Part shown: positions 61,066-64,000 of the stretch, piece after piece | Numbering within the stretch: the stretch's first letter is position 1 | How the letters are laid out: each line of letters starts with the position of its first letter | NCBI GenBank assembly: GCA_965219455.1 | Contig: OZ244744.1 | Span: 1,760,001-1,824,000 of the forward strand | Origin: Candidatus Latescibacterota bacterium | Lineage (GTDB): Bacteria > Latescibacterota > UBA2968 > GCA-2709665 | Direction: 5' to 3' | DNA: 64,000 nucleotides | Made by a program: the position numbers and the translations under genes | Notes under the pieces: model-generated | What the model was told of the DNA's origin: nothing | What the model saw: the letters and a program-made list of their open reading frames with translations, nothing else | Databases searched by the model: none

Positions 61066-62193
61066 TCAGTCCTTGACGAGCCGGTTGTGCGTGTACTGGT
61101 TTGAATAGAGCCGTAGATTACCCGTGGCGTATGCCTGTCTGACAGCGGTAGCCGGGAGCCAATGGATAAACCAGTTGTTGTAAATCTCACAGGCTTCCTG
61201 GGGAATCCCCCGGATGACGACGGCCTCCACGTCGATAGCCAGAAACGTGTTGTGATGAATGAGAATAACGTCGCCGGCGATATCCGTTCCGTCATCCCGG
61301 TCCCGGCCGCCGTGCATGTCAAAACTGTGGCTGTTGGCGTTTTCGAGAACCAGGTTGTAGCGGGCTTCGTAGCTCGTGCCTGGCCTTCCCGTACCGGCGA
61401 TATGGTGCCGGCACCAGTCGAACAGGTTGGCTTCAATCAACGCTTCCGACCGGTCCAAATTCACGCCGTAGCCCATATGGTGGCGCTGGTTGTGGTGAAA
61501 ATAGTTATGGTGGACGTGGTTGTCCGTTGAATTCGCCCGGAGGAAAATGGCGGCGTGGGTCCAACCCCAGAATTCGCAGTTGTCCACTTCGAGCCTGGGG
61601 TGTGCGGTCTGAATGGCCCGTGAGTTGGGGATACTGAATTGCCGGCCTTCCGACAGGAGTTGCTTCATCTGCTCGGTGCGTCTCATCGTGTCCGGGCCCT
61701 CCAGCCTGAGCCCGGTAACGCGAACGTCGGGACCCGTGACGAGAAAGAGTGGAATCGTCTCCAGTTGTTTGGAATAGACCAGGCCCCCCTCGGAATCGGG
61801 CTTGCCCCGCCCGCTGGCCAGCGTGACGCCGGCGCGGATCTCTATATTCCGGTCGCCTGTAAGGTCCACCCTGGCAGTGTCCGCCAGATAGACCACCTGG
61901 CCCCCGGTCGCCTGCTTGAGCGCGTTCAGGAGTTCCGTGCGGTTCGTAACGAAATAGTCGTACTCCTCGACCCGTTGATTGTATCCGTCTCCACCTCCGA
62001 TGGGATTGCCCGTAGGATTCGAGTCGGCGCCGAACTTGTCGTCCGAAAGCAGGGGTCTGTTCTGCTGGATGTTGCTACCCGTCGTCTCGGCAGGCGGCGG
62101 CTCTGGGGCGGCGGGTTGTTCCTTCCCTCCGCATGCGGCCACAAGAATCAGCACGGCGAGACAGGTGAGCGTTCTGTATAAGGTCGTCGTCAT
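61066..62193 (-). CDS. Lipoprotein with right-handed beta-helix domain (tandem duplicate)
   Basis: Lipobox VAAC; mature domain highly similar to 59851-60978. Confidence 0.82.
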   Translation of the reverse strand: MTTTLYRTLTCLAVLILVAACGGKEQPAAPEPPPAETTGSNIQQNRPLLSDDKFGADSNPTGNPIGGGDGYNQRVEEYDYFVTNRTELLNALKQATGGQVVYLADTARVDLTGDRNIEIRAGVTLASGRGKPDSEGGLVYSKQLETIPLFLVTGPDVRVTGLRLEGPDTMRRTEQMKQLLSEGRQFSIPNSRAIQTAHPRLEVDNCEFWGWTHAAIFLRANSTDNHVHHNYFHHNQRHHMGYGVNLDRSEALIEANLFDWCRHHIAGTGRPGTSYEARYNLVLENANSHSFDMHGGRDRDDGTDIAGDVILIHHNTFLAIDVEAVVIRGIPQEACEIYNNWFIHWLPATAVRQAYATGNLRLYSNQYTHNRLVKD

Positions 62194-62445
62194 AAACACC
62201 TCACGCATCCACCCCCGGGCAACAGACCGCCCTTCCACCCCGTGGCCACCGGGTGAGTAGGGAGAGGGGAGAGGTAAGAAGGCCGCCCGCGTCCACCGGA
62301 TATCCATATGGCCTGGCGATGTCGACCATCGATATGCTCGCCACGACGCGTGCAACCACAAGGGTTGCCCCTACACGGGATAGGGATATCCGATTGGTAG
62401 CAGCGGTTGTCGAATCTGTTCCGTTGACAACACAGGGCGCTCAGC

Positions 62446-63815
62446 CTAATAAAGATCTTCCCTGGTGGTAATGGGACACCACCGGGCCGTGCTGAGATGG
62501 TCCAACAGGACGTTGAGCGATCCGGGCGTGCCGATATACTGGAGCGCCACCGCGGCATGACCCGAGGCGTAGCGATTCTCGTCCTGAAGGGCTTCGCTCA
62601 GCGCGGGAACGGCGGCTTCGGCGTCTGATCCGAAACGCGCCAGGGAATACGCCGCGTTGTAACGAACCTGGGTGTCGTCGTCCTTCAACGCTCTCGCCAG
62701 GGCGGGCACGGCCTCGTCCGGGTTGCCGGCGATGGTACCCAGGGCTTCGGCCGCGTGGTGGCGAACCCATTCGGAGGGATCGTCCATCGTATTCGCGAGC
62801 GCGGATACCGCCTCCGCGGCCGCCGGGCCTGCGTCGCCCAGCGCGAAGGCGGCGTGGCCGCGGACCTTCTCGTCCTTATGTTTCAGCGCACCTGCGAGTT
62901 CGGAGACGGCGGGCTCTCCCACGGCGGCCAACGCGTACGCGGCGTTGAGTTTGACGCTGTCGTCGGCCGACTGAAGGGCGCGGGCAAGCGGACCAACAGC
63001 CGGTTCTCCGGTTGCGGCCAGTTCGTACGCCGCGTTGAGCCGGGCGGGTTCATCGGCTTCGTGAAGGGTCCGCGTAAGCGCGTCCACGTTGCCCGGGTGG
63101 CCGTTGGCGTTCAGACCCCGAGACCATTCCCAGATGCTGTTCCAGACAAATGGGTGCCTGTTTCCGACGTCCGTGTTGCTCCAGGCCTCGTCGTTGTGGT
63201 TCCACTCCGGACGCCGGGGCTCGGACATGCGCGTAAACTGGAATTTCATCATATACCGTCTCTTGTCCACCTGGTTGGGCATGGCCCGATGCCAGATGTC
63301 GAAATGGACGATCGCAATCGTTCCGGCTTCACCGCACACGGAAACACCGACCTCGTCCGGATTCTTCAGACGGTCCATATAGCAGTGCGTGTGGGGTATG
63401 ACGCCGGTCGGGCCGTTTTCGAGTTCCACGTCCTGGGGATAATAGAAAGCCATGGCCCACCGGTTGCGGTGTAACGCAGCTTATAGTAGCCCCAATAGCT
63501 GTCCTTGTGCCATCCGCCGCCGGGCCCGTTGGGTTTGTTGAAATGGCAATGGCGGTGGGTGTGCATGGTATAGCCGGGCCCGAGGATGGAGGTGAAGGCG
63601 CCGCGGACTTCGGGCTGGTCGAAAACGGTCTGGATTTCGGGAACGCGAGGCAGGACGTTGTTTCCCGGGTTCCCTTCCTTTTCGAAGACTTCGTCGGTCT
63701 TCCTGTAGATTTCTTCATGGAACTCAGGCGGGAGATTGACCTTAATCGTTGTGAATCCATTGGCGATGAATTCCTGCATTTTCCGGTCGTCGAGGAGATA
63801 TATCGGATCCGGCAT
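62446..63815 (-). pseudogene. PhyH dioxygenase plus HEAT-repeat fusion, split by a 1-nt frameshift near 63470 (pseudogene or sequencing error)
   Basis: WHKD in the upstream frame; HRNRWAMAFYYPQDV..GPT..PHTH..WHR..PN and HEAT repeats in the downstream frame. Confidence 0.8.
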
Positions 63816-64000
63816 AGTTTAATTCTCCGTGAAGTTGGTGAAGAGGGCAGGGCGGGCGTGATCCTCGCTTTTTGCGCCGCCACACTCAAAAAGTAGGTAC
63901 ATGGGCAGGACGCGTCAAGGAATTATTGGGCAGCGGGCGACGAGAGGCCACCCGGCGGGCACAATCGACGCGCCTGCGTTTCGGTTCCCCGCAATAAATG

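Noticed and set aside
63455-63485. Programmed ribosomal frameshifts here and near 28445
   Set aside because: No slippery heptamer or stimulatory structure; both look like single-base losses in short homopolymers.
1-64000. CRISPR array, rRNA or tRNA genes, intact transposase or integrase
   Set aside because: No regularly spaced repeat-spacer array, recognisable structural RNA or such protein motifs were seen by eye. A covariance-model scan could still find small RNAs.

Overview
GC-rich bacterial chromosome segment with about 55 genes. GWxTD/TPR, DUF6785-like, DUF1080, several PhyH and Gfo/Idh/MocA genes suggest an uncultured FCB/Latescibacterota-like lineage (inference only). Most genes are small-molecule catabolic enzymes. 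The window also holds a topoisomerase IV-like parE/parC pair, a BrnT/BrnA toxin-antitoxin pair, an M.EcoRI-family methyltransferase running off the left edge, and small lower-GC insertions. I saw no rRNA, tRNA, CRISPR array or transposase. Top signals: (1) ORFs 53574-53777 and 52587-53528 form one reading frame split by an in-frame UGA in a C-x-U thioredoxin-like motif with a SECIS-like hairpin, giving a probable ~396-aa selenoprotein whose Sec domain aligns by eye with eukaryotic selenoprotein N. (2) A five-copy non-coding element has a near-invariant ~90-bp arm, a strongly substituted but essentially gap-free body, an intrastrand-triplex motif and an 'empty' loop-to-loop junction copy, and it sits in intergenic hubs of several repeat families. 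(3) An ECF sigma factor is fused to a membrane segment and a secretion-CTD-like Ig domain. (4) A SLATT-like 2TM gene is coupled to a Pro-rich micropeptide, and two related orphan antitoxin-like genes are present. All family calls are by-eye motif recognition; no searches were run.
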